A stretch of DNA of 64,000 nucleotides from an uncultured cyanobacterium (GCA_963706595.1 OY970166.1:3488001-3552000), one strand, 5' to 3'. Shown: positions 43,821 to 55,006, counted from the stretch's first letter. A program made the numbers and translations. The notes: a model not told the origin generated them from the sequence alone.

Positions 43821-45200
43821 ATGCTCTTATTGGGATTTTTTCTCGGTTTAACGGTAGGGATTGGATTTTGGATTTGGCAACAGGTTCAACTTAGACGCTA
43901 CTTGGGGCGACTACTGCAACCGTTAAGCTCTGTTTCTGACAAGGTAGTGCTACTGCTCATACCACGTTTGCAGCGCGAAATATTAATACTGAAGCAGCAG
44001 CAACAAGATTTGCAGCAGTCACTACAAACCTACCAAGACCTGCTGGATTTTGCTCCACTGGGATATTTGCAGGTAGATGAAGAAAATCAATTGCTGTGGT
44101 GCAATCAGCAAGCGCGAGAAATATTATCTCTCCAAAGATGGCAAGCAGGACAGGTGCGCTTATTGCTGGAGTTGGTGCGATCTTATGAACTTGATCATTT
44201 GATCGAACAAACTCGTGATTTGCAGAAACCACAGACAAATGAGTGGTTATTTCACCCGTCTTTTGATAATGTTGCACAGATGTCAAGGGTAAAATCACTG
44301 AGCTTGCGAGCATCCAGTCTACCATTACCCAACGGACAAGTAGGAGTTTTCTTGGAAAATCGCCAACCTCTACTGGACATGAATCAACAACGCGATCGCT
44401 CTTTTTCGGATTTAGCCCACGAACTAAGAACGCCATTGACTTCGATTCGGTTGGTGGTGGAAACCTTACAAAACCGCTTAGAACCGCCCTTAGATCGTTG
44501 GGTGAATCGGCTGATGCAGGAAGTGGATCGGCTAATTAATTTGGTGCAAAGCTGGTTGGAACTAACCCAAATGGAAGCCAACCCAACTATGCAATTGCAT
44601 CTAGAAGTTTTGGAAATGCGATCGCTGATTACATCTGTTTGGGAAACATTAGAACCATTAACGCAAAAGCGACATCTGTCTCTTGACTACTCAGGTCCAG
44701 AACATCTATTGATTAAAGTAGACCCCGCCCGCATTTATCAAGTTTTTCTGAATTTGCTAGATAACAGTATCAAATACAGTCCTCCTCATACCAGTATTCA
44801 AGTCCACGCCAAAATCTTATCTGCACAGAAAACTGATCATAGCGATGGGCTAGGCCCTGCTGGAGGCGATCGCGAAGCGCTGCTGCAAGCAGATCGCGCT
44901 GCCACTATTTTAGAAATAAATCTTATTGATTCAGGACTAGGTTTTTCTGAAGCAGATTTACCGCATATTTTTGAGCGATTTTACCGTGGAGATAAAGCCC
45001 GGACTCATTCCTCATTACCAGAAAATAATTCTCTGGGGACGATTGTGGGTAATGGTTTAGGTTTAGCTATCGTCAGGCAAATTATTGTCGCCCACGGCGG
45101 TTCCATCAAAGCCATGAACGATCCAGACACTGGTGGCGCTTGGATGCAGCTTCAACTTCCTCAAGTTATGGCAAACTCCCTAAGCCAAGACTATAGTTAA
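43821..45200 (+). CDS. sphS: Phosphate sensor histidine kinase SphS/PhoR
   Basis: AHELRTPL, NLLDNSIKYS, DSGLG, FERFYRGD and GLGLAIV motifs. Confidence 0.85.
   Translation: MLLLGFFLGLTVGIGFWIWQQVQLRRYLGRLLQPLSSVSDKVVLLLIPRLQREILILKQQQQDLQQSLQTYQDLLDFAPLGYLQVDEENQLLWCNQQAREILSLQRWQAGQVRLLLELVRSYELDHLIEQTRDLQKPQTNEWLFHPSFDNVAQMSRVKSLSLRASSLPLPNGQVGVFLENRQPLLDMNQQRDRSFSDLAHELRTPLTSIRLVVETLQNRLEPPLDRWVNRLMQEVDRLINLVQSWLELTQMEANPTMQLHLEVLEMRSLITSVWETLEPLTQKRHLSLDYSGPEHLLIKVDPARIYQVFLNLLDNSIKYSPPHTSIQVHAKILSAQKTDHSDGLGPAGGDREALLQADRAATILEINLIDSGLGFSEADLPHIFERFYRGDKARTHSSLPENNSLGTIVGNGLGLAIVRQIIVAHGGSIKAMNDPDTGGAWMQLQLPQVMANSLSQDYS
44842..44897. repeat. Tandem HIP1-associated small dispersed repeats (SDR5-like) inserted in frame in sphS
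   Basis: gcgat-gggctaggccctgctggag-gcgatcgc-gaagcgctgctgcaagca-gatcgc; 48 nt extra relative to a single HIP1. Confidence 0.7.
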
Positions 45201-45228
45201 TAATATCTTCACCTTTGAGACCATAAGT

Positions 45229-45903
45229 GTGGAAGCTGCCTTGTATGATCGCAATCCTAACCCTAAAAATCCCCAGTTGGCGCGTGCCATTAGGCGCTTA
45301 GAACGGGACGTATTACGCATGGGCGCTTTGGTAGAACAATCCTTTCGCCTCAGCCACCAAGCGCTATTTGCCCGTAATTTAACAGCAGCTGAGGAACTTC
45401 CCCGATTAGATCAAAAAATTGATCGCTTTTATCGACAAATCGAATCAGACTGTACAGCAATCATGACTCTCCAAGCACCTACTGCTCAAGATTTGCGTTG
45501 TTTGAGTGCTTTCATGCAGTTGGTGCGAGACTTAGAGCGCATTGGCGATTATGCTGAGGATTTAGCGAATATTGCCGTTAAAATTTTTCCTTATCCGCCT
45601 CATCCGTCTTTACCAGAGATTGAAAATATGTCTCACCATGGACAAGCAATGCTAGCAACTAGCTTAAAGGCTTTAGCTGATTTGGATGAAGTTGGTGGAC
45701 GAGGTTTAAAGTACCTAGATGATGCTGTAGACAATGCTTATGATCGCGTTTATCAGACTTTAGCCCAGCAACGTGATATATCAGGAGTAGTCGAGCCAAT
45801 TTTGCTGCTAGCTTTAGCAATTCGTTGTTTGGAACGCATGGCAGATCATGCCACTAATATCGGGCAAAGAGTAGCATACATCGTCACTGGACAACGTTCT
45901 TAA
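45229..45903 (+). CDS. phoU: Phosphate signalling complex protein PhoU
   Basis: DLERIGDYA and LERMADHATNI motifs. Confidence 0.95.
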   Translation: MEAALYDRNPNPKNPQLARAIRRLERDVLRMGALVEQSFRLSHQALFARNLTAAEELPRLDQKIDRFYRQIESDCTAIMTLQAPTAQDLRCLSAFMQLVRDLERIGDYAEDLANIAVKIFPYPPHPSLPEIENMSHHGQAMLATSLKALADLDEVGGRGLKYLDDAVDNAYDRVYQTLAQQRDISGVVEPILLLALAIRCLERMADHATNIGQRVAYIVTGQRS

Positions 45904-46082
45904 TCCGTCACGATAAATTTTAAGTGCTATTTTATACTAAAATTTTTCACATTAAATATAGTTTTAAAAAAAATAACAATTAAAATTTTGTTAACTACCA
46001 TACACTTTACCAAACGATTACCTTTTCTTAAACTTACTCAATTAAAGTCCTGAGAGAGAATACAACAACTGTTTTGATCTCA

Positions 46083-46350
46083 CTGGTACCGCCGTGAAGT
46101 CAAAAGTCAAAAATCAAAAATCAAAAAGCTTATAAAATGGGCTTTTCATGGATTTTGAATGGTCTGTTTATTTACGCCGTACTGTACTAGTAATTTGAAT
46201 GTCATTACAGCGACAAGTATCATACACCGATATAGCAAAAGTCAAAAGTCAGGAGGGGCATATTGCAATATGCTCTTACGAAATTGAAATACTTGCTGTG
46301 AATGGGTTTTAAAGTTTTGCCATGTCCTAACCACCTGGGCGGTTGCTATA
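46083..46350. mobile_element. Two adjacent MITE-like elements (46083-46190 and 46231-46350) carrying (AAAAGTC)n STRR
   Basis: Ends ctggtac...gtactag and TATAGCAA...TTGCTATA. Confidence 0.5.
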
Positions 46351-46821
46351 CTTGTGGCTCTGATAGGTTGTAATCAAATGTTACGCTCTAGCAAGTAAGT
46401 GTCTAGTTAAACAAAAACCTGCTTTTTTATTGATCAAAAATCTGGGAAAGTTGACAGTATTTGTAAAAATAGAGCATCTGAAATTTTAGCGTAAGAATTT
46501 TTGTTACTTCGCCCCGCCTTGGTAGATTCCGCTTTCTCTCTAGCACAACTAGTCCCCGTAGGGTTCTAAAGTAGGAGCTTATATAGGTGTAAAAATTAGA
46601 ATTTAGCTGAAGTTTGTGTATAGAAATTAAATGCCTACTGCGTTTATCTTCTAGATGCAAAACACAAAACTTTTGGCAAAAATACTATGACTATAAACAG
46701 TCATAACTTCGACTAATTAACTATATTCACTATTTAAGTGGAGGTTAATTTTTTTCTGAAAATTTTCTCATTGATGAATTAAAAGACTAATTTAGTTTGC
46801 ACTCTTACACGTACTTGCACA

Positions 46822-47430
46822 ATGTCTTCCACAAGTTTCACCCCAAACTTATCTGATGTATCGAATGAATCTAGCCTCAGTGGAGATTTACCACAAAGGT
46901 TATTTACTCGTAGAGAGTTAATTCCACCTGATAACGATGTCCTGTGGCGTATTGAGCGCGGAGCAGTTAGAACCTTAACCTGGAGCGAAGATGGAATATT
47001 TATTACTCTAGGTTATTGGGGTGCTGGCGACCTAATTGGCTATTCTTTATCAAAAGTTCAACCCTACCAGATTGAATGCCTCACAAGCGTAGAAGCAAGT
47101 ATTATACCGCAGCATCTTTGGTACAGAGACATTGATGCTTTTTTGTCTCATATTAAACATTCAGAAGAGCTTTTAAGCATAGTACATCTCAAACCGATGT
47201 CGTTACGCTTGGGGAAATTTCTGCTGTGGTTAAGTGAAAAATTTGGACGTGATGTTGAACAAGGTAAACTAATTGATCTAAATGTTACTCACCAAGAAAT
47301 ATCTGAAGTCTTGAATACTACACGTGTTACGGTAACAAGGATTTTACAGCAATTTGAGGAACAAGGGGCGTTATTACGATATAAACGTCGCATTATTCTT
47401 CTATCACCAAATAAGTTAAAGAAAATATAG
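46822..47430 (+). CDS. Crp/Fnr-family transcriptional regulator
   Basis: LWRIERGAVRT...LGYWG; HTH THQEISEVLNTTRVTVTRIL. Confidence 0.9.
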   Translation: MSSTSFTPNLSDVSNESSLSGDLPQRLFTRRELIPPDNDVLWRIERGAVRTLTWSEDGIFITLGYWGAGDLIGYSLSKVQPYQIECLTSVEASIIPQHLWYRDIDAFLSHIKHSEELLSIVHLKPMSLRLGKFLLWLSEKFGRDVEQGKLIDLNVTHQEISEVLNTTRVTVTRILQQFEEQGALLRYKRRIILLSPNKLKKI

Positions 47431-47567
47431 TATAAAAAAATCATAATTGACTTGTGTTAATTATCAAAAGTTTGCTATATTCATCACTGAAGGTTTGAGT
47501 GAATCACCTGGAAAGGCTGAAAGCTTTTTCGTGATTACAGTTATTAGGTGTGAGTGAAATTAAAAAT

Positions 47568-49182
47568 ATGACAAAACTATTTTGGAATGCACTGAAGGTT
47601 AGCCCAGCGATCGCAGCAACATTTTTGGCTGCTAATAGCGCTTTAGCCGTTGAAGTGAATGAGCAATCAACAACTGTGGCTCAGTTGTCTCAAGAAGCTA
47701 ACAGCATCGGTCAAGTAACATCTGTTTCTCAGTTTTCGGATGTACAGCCTACAGACTGGGCGTTTCAAGCTTTGCAATCTCTGGTTGAGCGTTACGGTTG
47801 TATCGCAGGTTATCCTAACTCCACTTACCGTGGAAACCGTGCGTTGACTCGTTATGAGTTTGCGGCTGGTTTGAATGCTTGTTTAGACCGAGTTAATGAA
47901 TTAATCGCTACAGCAACCGCCGATGTAGTTACTAGACAAGACCTAGCTACATTACAGCGCTTGCAAGAAGAATTTTCGGCTGAATTGGCAACCCTGCGCG
48001 GTCGTGTAGATTCCTTAGAAGCTCGGACTGCTGAGTTAGAAGCGAATCAGTTTTCTACCACCACCAAGTTAAAGGGTGAAGCTATCTTTGCTTTGAATGG
48101 TGTAACTGGGGAACAGCAGCCAGACGGTAATACTGACGTAGAGGATAATATTACTTTCTCCAATCGGGTTCGTTTGAGTTTAGAAAGCAGCTTCACAGGA
48201 AAAGACAAGTTACAAGTTCGTTTGAGTGGTCGCTAACATTGCCCAATCAGACAACGGAAGCACAAGGGAGGGAAGTGAAAGACCAAACATTACTGGTACA
48301 AGAATGACCCGCTTGGGCTTTGACGGTGATGATGGTAACAACGTTGAACTTGACAAAGTTAACTACGCTTTCAACTTGAGTGATGCAATCCGCGTCAAGA
48401 TTGATGCTACAGGTGCAGAATTCTACGAAACTGGTGTCGATGTCTTCAACCCTGACTTCAAGAGCAGTGGTTCAGGTGCTATTTCTCGCTACGGACGTTT
48501 TAGCCCCATCTATCGTCAAGGTTCTGGTGGTGCAGGTGTGACTGTGCAATTCAATCCTAATGGCCCTTTAAGTTTGAGTGCAGCTTACCTATCACCTAGA
48601 GCTAGTAACCCCACTGAGGGTAATGGTGTTATAGATGGCGGTAATGCTATCTTTGGTCAGGTGGCTTTCAAGCCTAGCAAAGCCTTTAATATAGGTTTGA
48701 CCTACGCTCGCACTTATCAAAATAGTGAATCTGGTGTCAACCTTTTTGGTAGTACAGGAAGTGGTATTGCCAATAACCCATTTGGTGGCGTTGCTACAAC
48801 GTCCGATAACTATGGTGTACAAGCCACCTTCAACCCAAGTTCGGCATTGACAATTGGTGGTTGGGCAGGTTATACCACAGCACAATCTCAAGTTAGCGAT
48901 GCAGATGCAGACATTTTTTATTGGGCTGCTAGCGTAGGTGTCAAAGACTTTGGTAGAGAAGGGAACGTACTCGGTTTGATCTTCGGTCAACCTCCGAAAG
49001 TTACTGGTGGTTCTGTAGGCGAGGAAGATGGAACTTCTTATCATTTAGAAGGTCTCTACAAAATGCGCCTCACTGATAATATCGCCGTCACTCCTGGTTT
49101 GTTGGTAATTTTTAACCCTGAACACAGGGATAACGCAGATACCGTCTACGTAGGTACTTTACGTACTACCTTCAGCTTCTAG
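47568..49182 (+). CDS. Cyanobacterial outer-membrane porin (SLH plus OprB-type barrel); apparent +1 frameshift at about 48230
   Basis: QVTSVSQFSDVQPTDWAFQAL (SLH), FSTTTKL and C-terminal LRTTFSF. Confidence 0.9.
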
Positions 49183-49210
49183 AACTGGTTTTTGTGAGAA
49201 GTTAAATAAG

Positions 49211-49238
49211 AAGCCCGCCTTGGTGCGGGCTTTTTGTT
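49211..49238 (+). terminator. Rho-independent terminator
   Basis: aagcccgc-cttggt-gcgggctt followed by a T run. Confidence 0.75.
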
Positions 49239-49250
49239 GGCAAAAAATAG

Positions 49251-49511
49251 CTATGTGGGATAATAATCTTGTCGATTTGGGATATCTGCTGGGGGGCGAT
49301 CGCTACTCCAAGCCCACCAAACATAACCACATTGACAATTGTAAAATTCCTGCCATTTGCGACGATGGTCTGCTGTCATGACAGGCGATCGCCTATTAAT
49401 CCAAACTTCTAAAGCTTCACGGCTACTGGCGTGACAACTAGGACAGCAAAACTCGTAAGCATGAACTGCCTGATTTGTCCATTTAGGCGGTATGGGAGCA
49501 AAAGCATCCAT
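49251..49511 (-). CDS. Small zinc-ribbon-like hypothetical protein
   Basis: CPSC...CQCG cysteine pairs; WQEFY and WWAWSSDRPP. Confidence 0.75.
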   Translation of the reverse strand: MDAFAPIPPKWTNQAVHAYEFCCPSCHASSREALEVWINRRSPVMTADHRRKWQEFYNCQCGYVWWAWSSDRPPADIPNRQDYYPT

Positions 49512-49678
49512 TTAATCTTAATTGGGAGTTCGTAGTGAAGCACTTAAGTAGTATTATCTCATGTATATGAGAATAAATTTTTCAACGCAGAGGGACGCTA
49601 AGTGAGCGCAAAGGTACGCTGAGTCAAAATTTGAGATGATAACTACGAATTACGAATTACGAATTACGAATTATTCCA

Positions 49679-50278
49679 ATGGAGCCAAGGGTTGAAGTTC
49701 GCCGTTTGTTAGATGTGATGCCTGCTTCTAGTCGGATGACTGTCAAGATTGTCAGCAAGCCGGAGCAGGTAAGGGTGATTTCTGCTGCTTTTCCTCTACC
49801 TTGGCATCAGGAGCGACCGATATATATTAATTTTGATTTGTGGTTGCGTCTGGCTAAATCTCAACGGGATTTGTTGCTATTGCAGAAGGTTAGCTGGTTA
49901 ACGGGGGTGACGTGGTTTAAACCTGATATTTATCAAGGTGTAGTTTTGGCTGGGTTGTTGGCGGGATTGCTGGAATCAGCAGAAGCGGATGTAGTGGGTG
50001 TGGCTGTGGCTGGGGGATTAAGTGCGATCGCTTTGGTGCGGATTTGGCGCACTAACAAGTCTTCTGAATCAGAGTTAAATGCCGATTTAGCGGCGCTGCG
50101 GATCGCCCAACGTCGGGGTTACTCGGAAACTGAAGCCGCCGAGCATTTATTATCTGCGATTGAGGCGATCGCTCGGATTGAAAAACATTCTACTCTCAGT
50201 TTTAGTGAGTTAGTTCGTTGTCAGAATTTACGCGCGATCGCTGGTTTATCTCCTGTGGGCGTACCAAAAGGTTATTAA
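49679..50278 (+). CDS. DUF3318 family protein
   Basis: RRLLDVMPAS.RM, QRDLLLL and ELVRCQNLRAIAGLS. Confidence 0.78.
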   Translation: MEPRVEVRRLLDVMPASSRMTVKIVSKPEQVRVISAAFPLPWHQERPIYINFDLWLRLAKSQRDLLLLQKVSWLTGVTWFKPDIYQGVVLAGLLAGLLESAEADVVGVAVAGGLSAIALVRIWRTNKSSESELNADLAALRIAQRRGYSETEAAEHLLSAIEAIARIEKHSTLSFSELVRCQNLRAIAGLSPVGVPKGY

Positions 50279-50284
50279 AAACGA

Positions 50285-51997
50285 TTATTTACAGTGATAA
50301 AGTTCATATACATAACCGTTGATTGCTGGCAAATTTTGCTTTTCTAAGTCACATTTTTTAACTTCTTCAGCTATTGGAGCCTGAAAATTCACTAACCATA
50401 AATCAAAGGGTCGTGGTAACTCTTTTAAGGTATTGTTTAGGGCTGTAGTAGAAGTATTGGGATTTTGGTCTTGATGGGCGAGGAGAAATTGGGTATTAAC
50501 TTGTGAATTAGAAGATTTTAACTCCCAGGCTATCCCCATCATTTCGCCAATGTGTACATGAGTTATCTGGGTAGTAGCAATCAGGACTGGCACTTGGGAT
50601 GTTTGTGGAATCAGTTGTACAAAAAGGTCAGGGCGGTAGTATTTTTGATAACCGAGATTGCAAACAACTGTCACAGCACTAAAAAATCCCATCAGCCAAA
50701 TGAGGATTACGGCTTTTTTGCCAGTGATTCCCCATTTGCCTATACTTTCATCACGCCAACAAACTGCGAGGCTTGCACCTAATAAAACTATGACTGCGGG
50801 AAAGTAGACAAAGTTGTAACGAGCGCCTCGTGTCAAATCAATGCCCAGAAAATAGGTAAAAATAAAGAATAAAGCGATCGCTCCCACAACTAAACCAGCT
50901 AATACCTGAGTTATAATCCGATTCTCTGGTTGCTGTAGTTGTACTTTGAAGCCACGAATGAGTATTGGTAATGCCCAAATCAAGAACATCAGCATTACTA
51001 CTCCAGAAGTAATCATAATTGCTAGCTGTGGTGCTTCTATTGGTAGTAAGTAAAGCATAGTTATCCAGGCTGCAAAAGCTTGAAAAATTGGGCTAATCCA
51101 AGCAATCCCGACTCGTGGATGTTGAATCCATTCAGTTAATTGACTGCCATAGCTATTTTGCAAAAATACAGGTAACCAAACTAATCCTGCCACAAAAGTA
51201 CCAGCCGCAACGATATAGATACGCTGCCAAAGAGGGGAAAAGAACAGAGACAATTTAGCCCTAGTCGGGTTTTGATGCCAACCTAGAAAGATGATTACTA
51301 AAGCTTCTGTACATAGGGTAAGGGCGAAGAAGTAATGAGTCGCAATACCCAAAGCATTAATTCCTACCCAGGAAAGGACTAGATAAATGGATAATTGAGT
51401 CCGATTTTGAATATGACGTGTCGCAATTACCAAACAGGTCAAGGAAGCAATTACCCACAAAATAGCCAAAGTATAATGACGTGCTTCTTGTGCTAAAAAT
51501 ATTCCAAAGGGTGACACTGCCATCATAGCAGCCGCTAAATGACTCACTAATCGCGAGCGAAAAGTTAGCCAGCCCAAGGTATAGATAGCAGGAATCGAGG
51601 CTGCGCCCAAAATAGCCGCTAGCGATCGCGCTCCCCATAAAGAAACTAAACCGCCTGGTGTAGGAAATAACTGCATCCACCAATGAGCTAGAAAAAAGTA
51701 AAGCGGAGGATGGTTAGTTTCTTGACTCAGGTGTGTCCATACGTCTTGGATATTAGCAGTTGCTTGTGGTTGCAGTGGTTGTAACAGGATATCAGGTGCG
51801 ATCGCTTGGTCTAACGGTACTCCTAAAAAACTATTTCCCAGACTAAATACTAAGGTGGAAAACTCATCAGTCCAAAGAGATTTTTCCGTCAAATTAGCTA
51901 AACGTAAGCTGATACCGATAATTAACCAAATCAGCAACAGTAAAGCATGAAACCAGCGAGTCGAAACAACAGAGCGCCAATTATTATCTAAATACAT
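50285..51997 (-). CDS. GT39/PMT-like GT-C glycosyltransferase
   Basis: LWTDEFST, NHPPLYF and AQEARHY motifs. Confidence 0.85.
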   Translation of the reverse strand: MYLDNNWRSVVSTRWFHALLLLIWLIIGISLRLANLTEKSLWTDEFSTLVFSLGNSFLGVPLDQAIAPDILLQPLQPQATANIQDVWTHLSQETNHPPLYFFLAHWWMQLFPTPGGLVSLWGARSLAAILGAASIPAIYTLGWLTFRSRLVSHLAAAMMAVSPFGIFLAQEARHYTLAILWVIASLTCLVIATRHIQNRTQLSIYLVLSWVGINALGIATHYFFALTLCTEALVIIFLGWHQNPTRAKLSLFFSPLWQRIYIVAAGTFVAGLVWLPVFLQNSYGSQLTEWIQHPRVGIAWISPIFQAFAAWITMLYLLPIEAPQLAIMITSGVVMLMFLIWALPILIRGFKVQLQQPENRIITQVLAGLVVGAIALFFIFTYFLGIDLTRGARYNFVYFPAVIVLLGASLAVCWRDESIGKWGITGKKAVILIWLMGFFSAVTVVCNLGYQKYYRPDLFVQLIPQTSQVPVLIATTQITHVHIGEMMGIAWELKSSNSQVNTQFLLAHQDQNPNTSTTALNNTLKELPRPFDLWLVNFQAPIAEEVKKCDLEKQNLPAINGYVYELYHCK

Positions 51998-52058
51998 CTA
52001 TTTTTTGGCAGAATTTTTGCTGGCTGAAGCTATCAAGTAAACTACCTCGCACTTCTAT

Positions 52059-53537
52059 CTATTGTGCAACGTTAGATATTTTACGATAAATTTGCGTTTC
52101 TTCCATGTTCTTTAACAGTGTATAATCTGTTTCTAGTGTGGTTTCCAGTAAGGCGATCGCCTCTGGATGACCTTGTAAATACCAGACGTTTTCGTTCTTG
52201 ACAATAAACTCAGGTTTTTGTGCCAACACTTTGAGCAATTCTTGATTAGTATTAGTAGTTGGACTCTGCATAACACGGAATAAATAGTCTTTTGATATAT
52301 TCGATGGATGCGTGACTATCTTCGTTGGCGGTTTAATATCCAACAGCCAATAAACGAGGTGATACTCCATCATGTACACCGTCATATTGCGCCCGCCTTC
52401 TTCAGATAAGTATTGCGCTAAATCATATTCTTTACCATAGGACATTGATTGTTGTGCAACTAGGCGCGATCCTACTGTTTTGTATTCATTGAATGTTGGT
52501 AACGCCGTCAGAATTAAGGTTAATATCAGAATAGAATAGCCTGCTTTGAGGTTCAAATTCAAGATTTTCTGGAACCAAGATGCCAATACTACAGCAAAAA
52601 ATGGAGCCAGTTGAATCATATAATGATTATGCGCTGCCCCGCTATTTAAAATCGACCACTCAATACCAACAAAGAATATCAAGCAGTATATTAATTGACT
52701 TTGTTTAGCTGAAGAGTTTTTTGATAGTTTAATCATCCTGATCATCTGGAAGCAGCCGATGATAAATATAATTCCCCAAACATTATAGAGTTGTTTAAAT
52801 ATCAGTTCCCATAATGAGGCTTGAGCATTAGAGTAACTTAATGAGGCATCAATGACCGAAGTTTTAAATAGTTGAGTATTATTGGTTAATATGTATGGTA
52901 TGAGCAAAGCTAAAAACGGAATTAAACAACCAATTCCATAGGCAAATATTGCCAAAAATATTTTTTTAATTGAATGAAAATTAATACTTTTTGCTGCAAT
53001 GTATACGCCTAAAATCAATGCTAAATAAGCTAAATTCAGGCGAATCATACACGCAGAACCCATCAGCAAACCCACCAAGAAAAAATTAATATTAATCAAC
53101 TTATTCTTACTAACAAGTAGGGCTAAAGAACCGAGTAATGGCACAATAGCTATATGCTCAGTCATCACAGATTTACCATCCATCAAAGGACCAGTTAAGA
53201 TGATAAATATAATGGCAGCCAATAGACTAAGTTTGGAATTCCACACAGAGCGACAAATATAGTAAATGAGGATTGCCGCAATCATGACGCAGAGGGTTCC
53301 AAATAAGCGAACAGCTATAATAGACTTACCAAAAGCTAAAATAGCTAAAGCATAGCTAAAGAATACTAGTGGTGGCTTTACATCCCAGAGTTCTACATAG
53401 GGTAAATTGCCATCTAAAATAGATTGACCCATCAAAATAAATGTACTTTCATCCCAATTAAATGTAGCGCGAAAGAAGAATGGCAGCCGGAAGAATAAGC
53501 TAAATGCAATTATAATTAACAGGTGTAGGTAGTTCAT
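52059..53537 (-). CDS. ArnT-like GT-C glycosyltransferase
   Basis: NWDESTF, PYVELWDVKPP and HYMIQLAP motifs; AT-rich. Confidence 0.8.
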   Translation of the reverse strand: MNYLHLLIIIAFSLFFRLPFFFRATFNWDESTFILMGQSILDGNLPYVELWDVKPPLVFFSYALAILAFGKSIIAVRLFGTLCVMIAAILIYYICRSVWNSKLSLLAAIIFIILTGPLMDGKSVMTEHIAIVPLLGSLALLVSKNKLININFFLVGLLMGSACMIRLNLAYLALILGVYIAAKSINFHSIKKIFLAIFAYGIGCLIPFLALLIPYILTNNTQLFKTSVIDASLSYSNAQASLWELIFKQLYNVWGIIFIIGCFQMIRMIKLSKNSSAKQSQLIYCLIFFVGIEWSILNSGAAHNHYMIQLAPFFAVVLASWFQKILNLNLKAGYSILILTLILTALPTFNEYKTVGSRLVAQQSMSYGKEYDLAQYLSEEGGRNMTVYMMEYHLVYWLLDIKPPTKIVTHPSNISKDYLFRVMQSPTTNTNQELLKVLAQKPEFIVKNENVWYLQGHPEAIALLETTLETDYTLLKNMEETQIYRKISNVAQ

Positions 53538-53623
53538 GAAGGATAATTCTTATGGTTTTTTAAACTTGCAAAATATTTATTTTTTAACCTCAAAATTGAG
53601 ATTTTAATTCAATGAAATAGCGG

Positions 53624-54865
53624 TTAATTAACATCGGTGACTCGCCAACTGAGTTTTAAGTTCAGCCAAAAGTTCCAAATAGTAACGATTGCGATCGCAA
53701 TCAAATTAGCAATGTATCTGTTACGAATGATCAGATTAAATACTAAATTCAACACCAAGACATTTAAAACTAATCCGCCAAGACAAATTACATTAAATTT
53801 CAAAAATCTTTTTAGACGTTGATGCCATTCCTGCTGCTGGCTACTGACATCAGCAAATGTCCAAGCATCATTCCACAGAAAATTATTGAAAATGGCAATT
53901 TCACCAGCAATGATTTTACTCCGTGTTAGGGGTAAAGCCAAAGTAGTCGGATCACTGAGTAAATAAAGTATAGCCATATCCACAAACACCCCACTCAGTC
54001 CCACCAATCCAAACCGCAGGAATTTACTAATGGGGAAATTGATTTTTTGCTGAACTCGTCCCAGCGCTCCCGTAGACAATCGCAAGCGGACTAAGTGCTG
54101 TAAATATTCCACATATTGCTTCCATGTCACCTTACTTTCACCTTGTTGACGCTCACAGAAGATATAAGCAACTTCAGCAATTTGATTCACATTTCCCCGG
54201 CCAATTACCTCCAAAAGAATTTTGTATCCTACTGGATGAAGTATGACACCTGCAATACAAGCACGACGCACGATGAAATAACCACTCATGGGGTCAGAAA
54301 CTCGACTCAATACACCTGGTAACAGAATCAATCCTAATATCTGAGCGCCACGGGACAAAAAACGCCTGATTATATTCCAACTACTAACACCACCTCCTTC
54401 GACATGACGGCTAGCTACTGCTAAATCTGCGCCCTGTTTAATTGCAACCAATAATTGAATTAATATTTCTGGTGGATGCTGTAAGTCTCCGTCAATTACC
54501 CCTAGAATACTACCCTTAGCCACTTGCCATCCCCGAATTACAGCTGAAGACAACCCCCGTTCTTGTTCCCGTCGCATTACCTGCAACTGCGGGTATTCTT
54601 TCATGAGAGATTGTGCTATTTCCCAAGTGCGATCAGGACTATTATCATCAACTACAATTAGCTCGTATTGTCCTGGTATAGATTGATTGAGCAATTCACT
54701 CAATATTTTGAGAAGATGATGAATATTGTCACCCTCTTGATAAGTGGGAATGACCAGTGAAAAATAGATGGGTTCACTATCAGCACCTAAGCTGGGAGGA
54801 GGTAATTCAGAAATTTGTAATGGGGTAGTTATTTCTAACAATAAGGAACTAGTTTTTTCACTCAT
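53624..54865 (-). CDS. Polyprenol-phosphate glycosyltransferase (Dpm1-like GT2) fused to a GtrA domain
   Basis: VVDDNSPD, IDGDLQHPPE and SDPMSG motifs; C-terminal RFGLVG...NNFLWNDAWTF (GtrA). Confidence 0.9.
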   Translation of the reverse strand: MSEKTSSLLLEITTPLQISELPPPSLGADSEPIYFSLVIPTYQEGDNIHHLLKILSELLNQSIPGQYELIVVDDNSPDRTWEIAQSLMKEYPQLQVMRREQERGLSSAVIRGWQVAKGSILGVIDGDLQHPPEILIQLLVAIKQGADLAVASRHVEGGGVSSWNIIRRFLSRGAQILGLILLPGVLSRVSDPMSGYFIVRRACIAGVILHPVGYKILLEVIGRGNVNQIAEVAYIFCERQQGESKVTWKQYVEYLQHLVRLRLSTGALGRVQQKINFPISKFLRFGLVGLSGVFVDMAILYLLSDPTTLALPLTRSKIIAGEIAIFNNFLWNDAWTFADVSSQQQEWHQRLKRFLKFNVICLGGLVLNVLVLNLVFNLIIRNRYIANLIAIAIVTIWNFWLNLKLSWRVTDVN

Positions 54866-55006
54866 ACTAGGCGATAGAGATTATACCAAAAATGTTTTTT
54901 GCTTTGATTAATTTGATTCAAATATGAATGTGAGCAATCTTGATGGTCTGAAGATTAATTCTAATTTCTGCGAAAATAAATAGTAAGAGTAACTTAATTA
55001 TCACTG

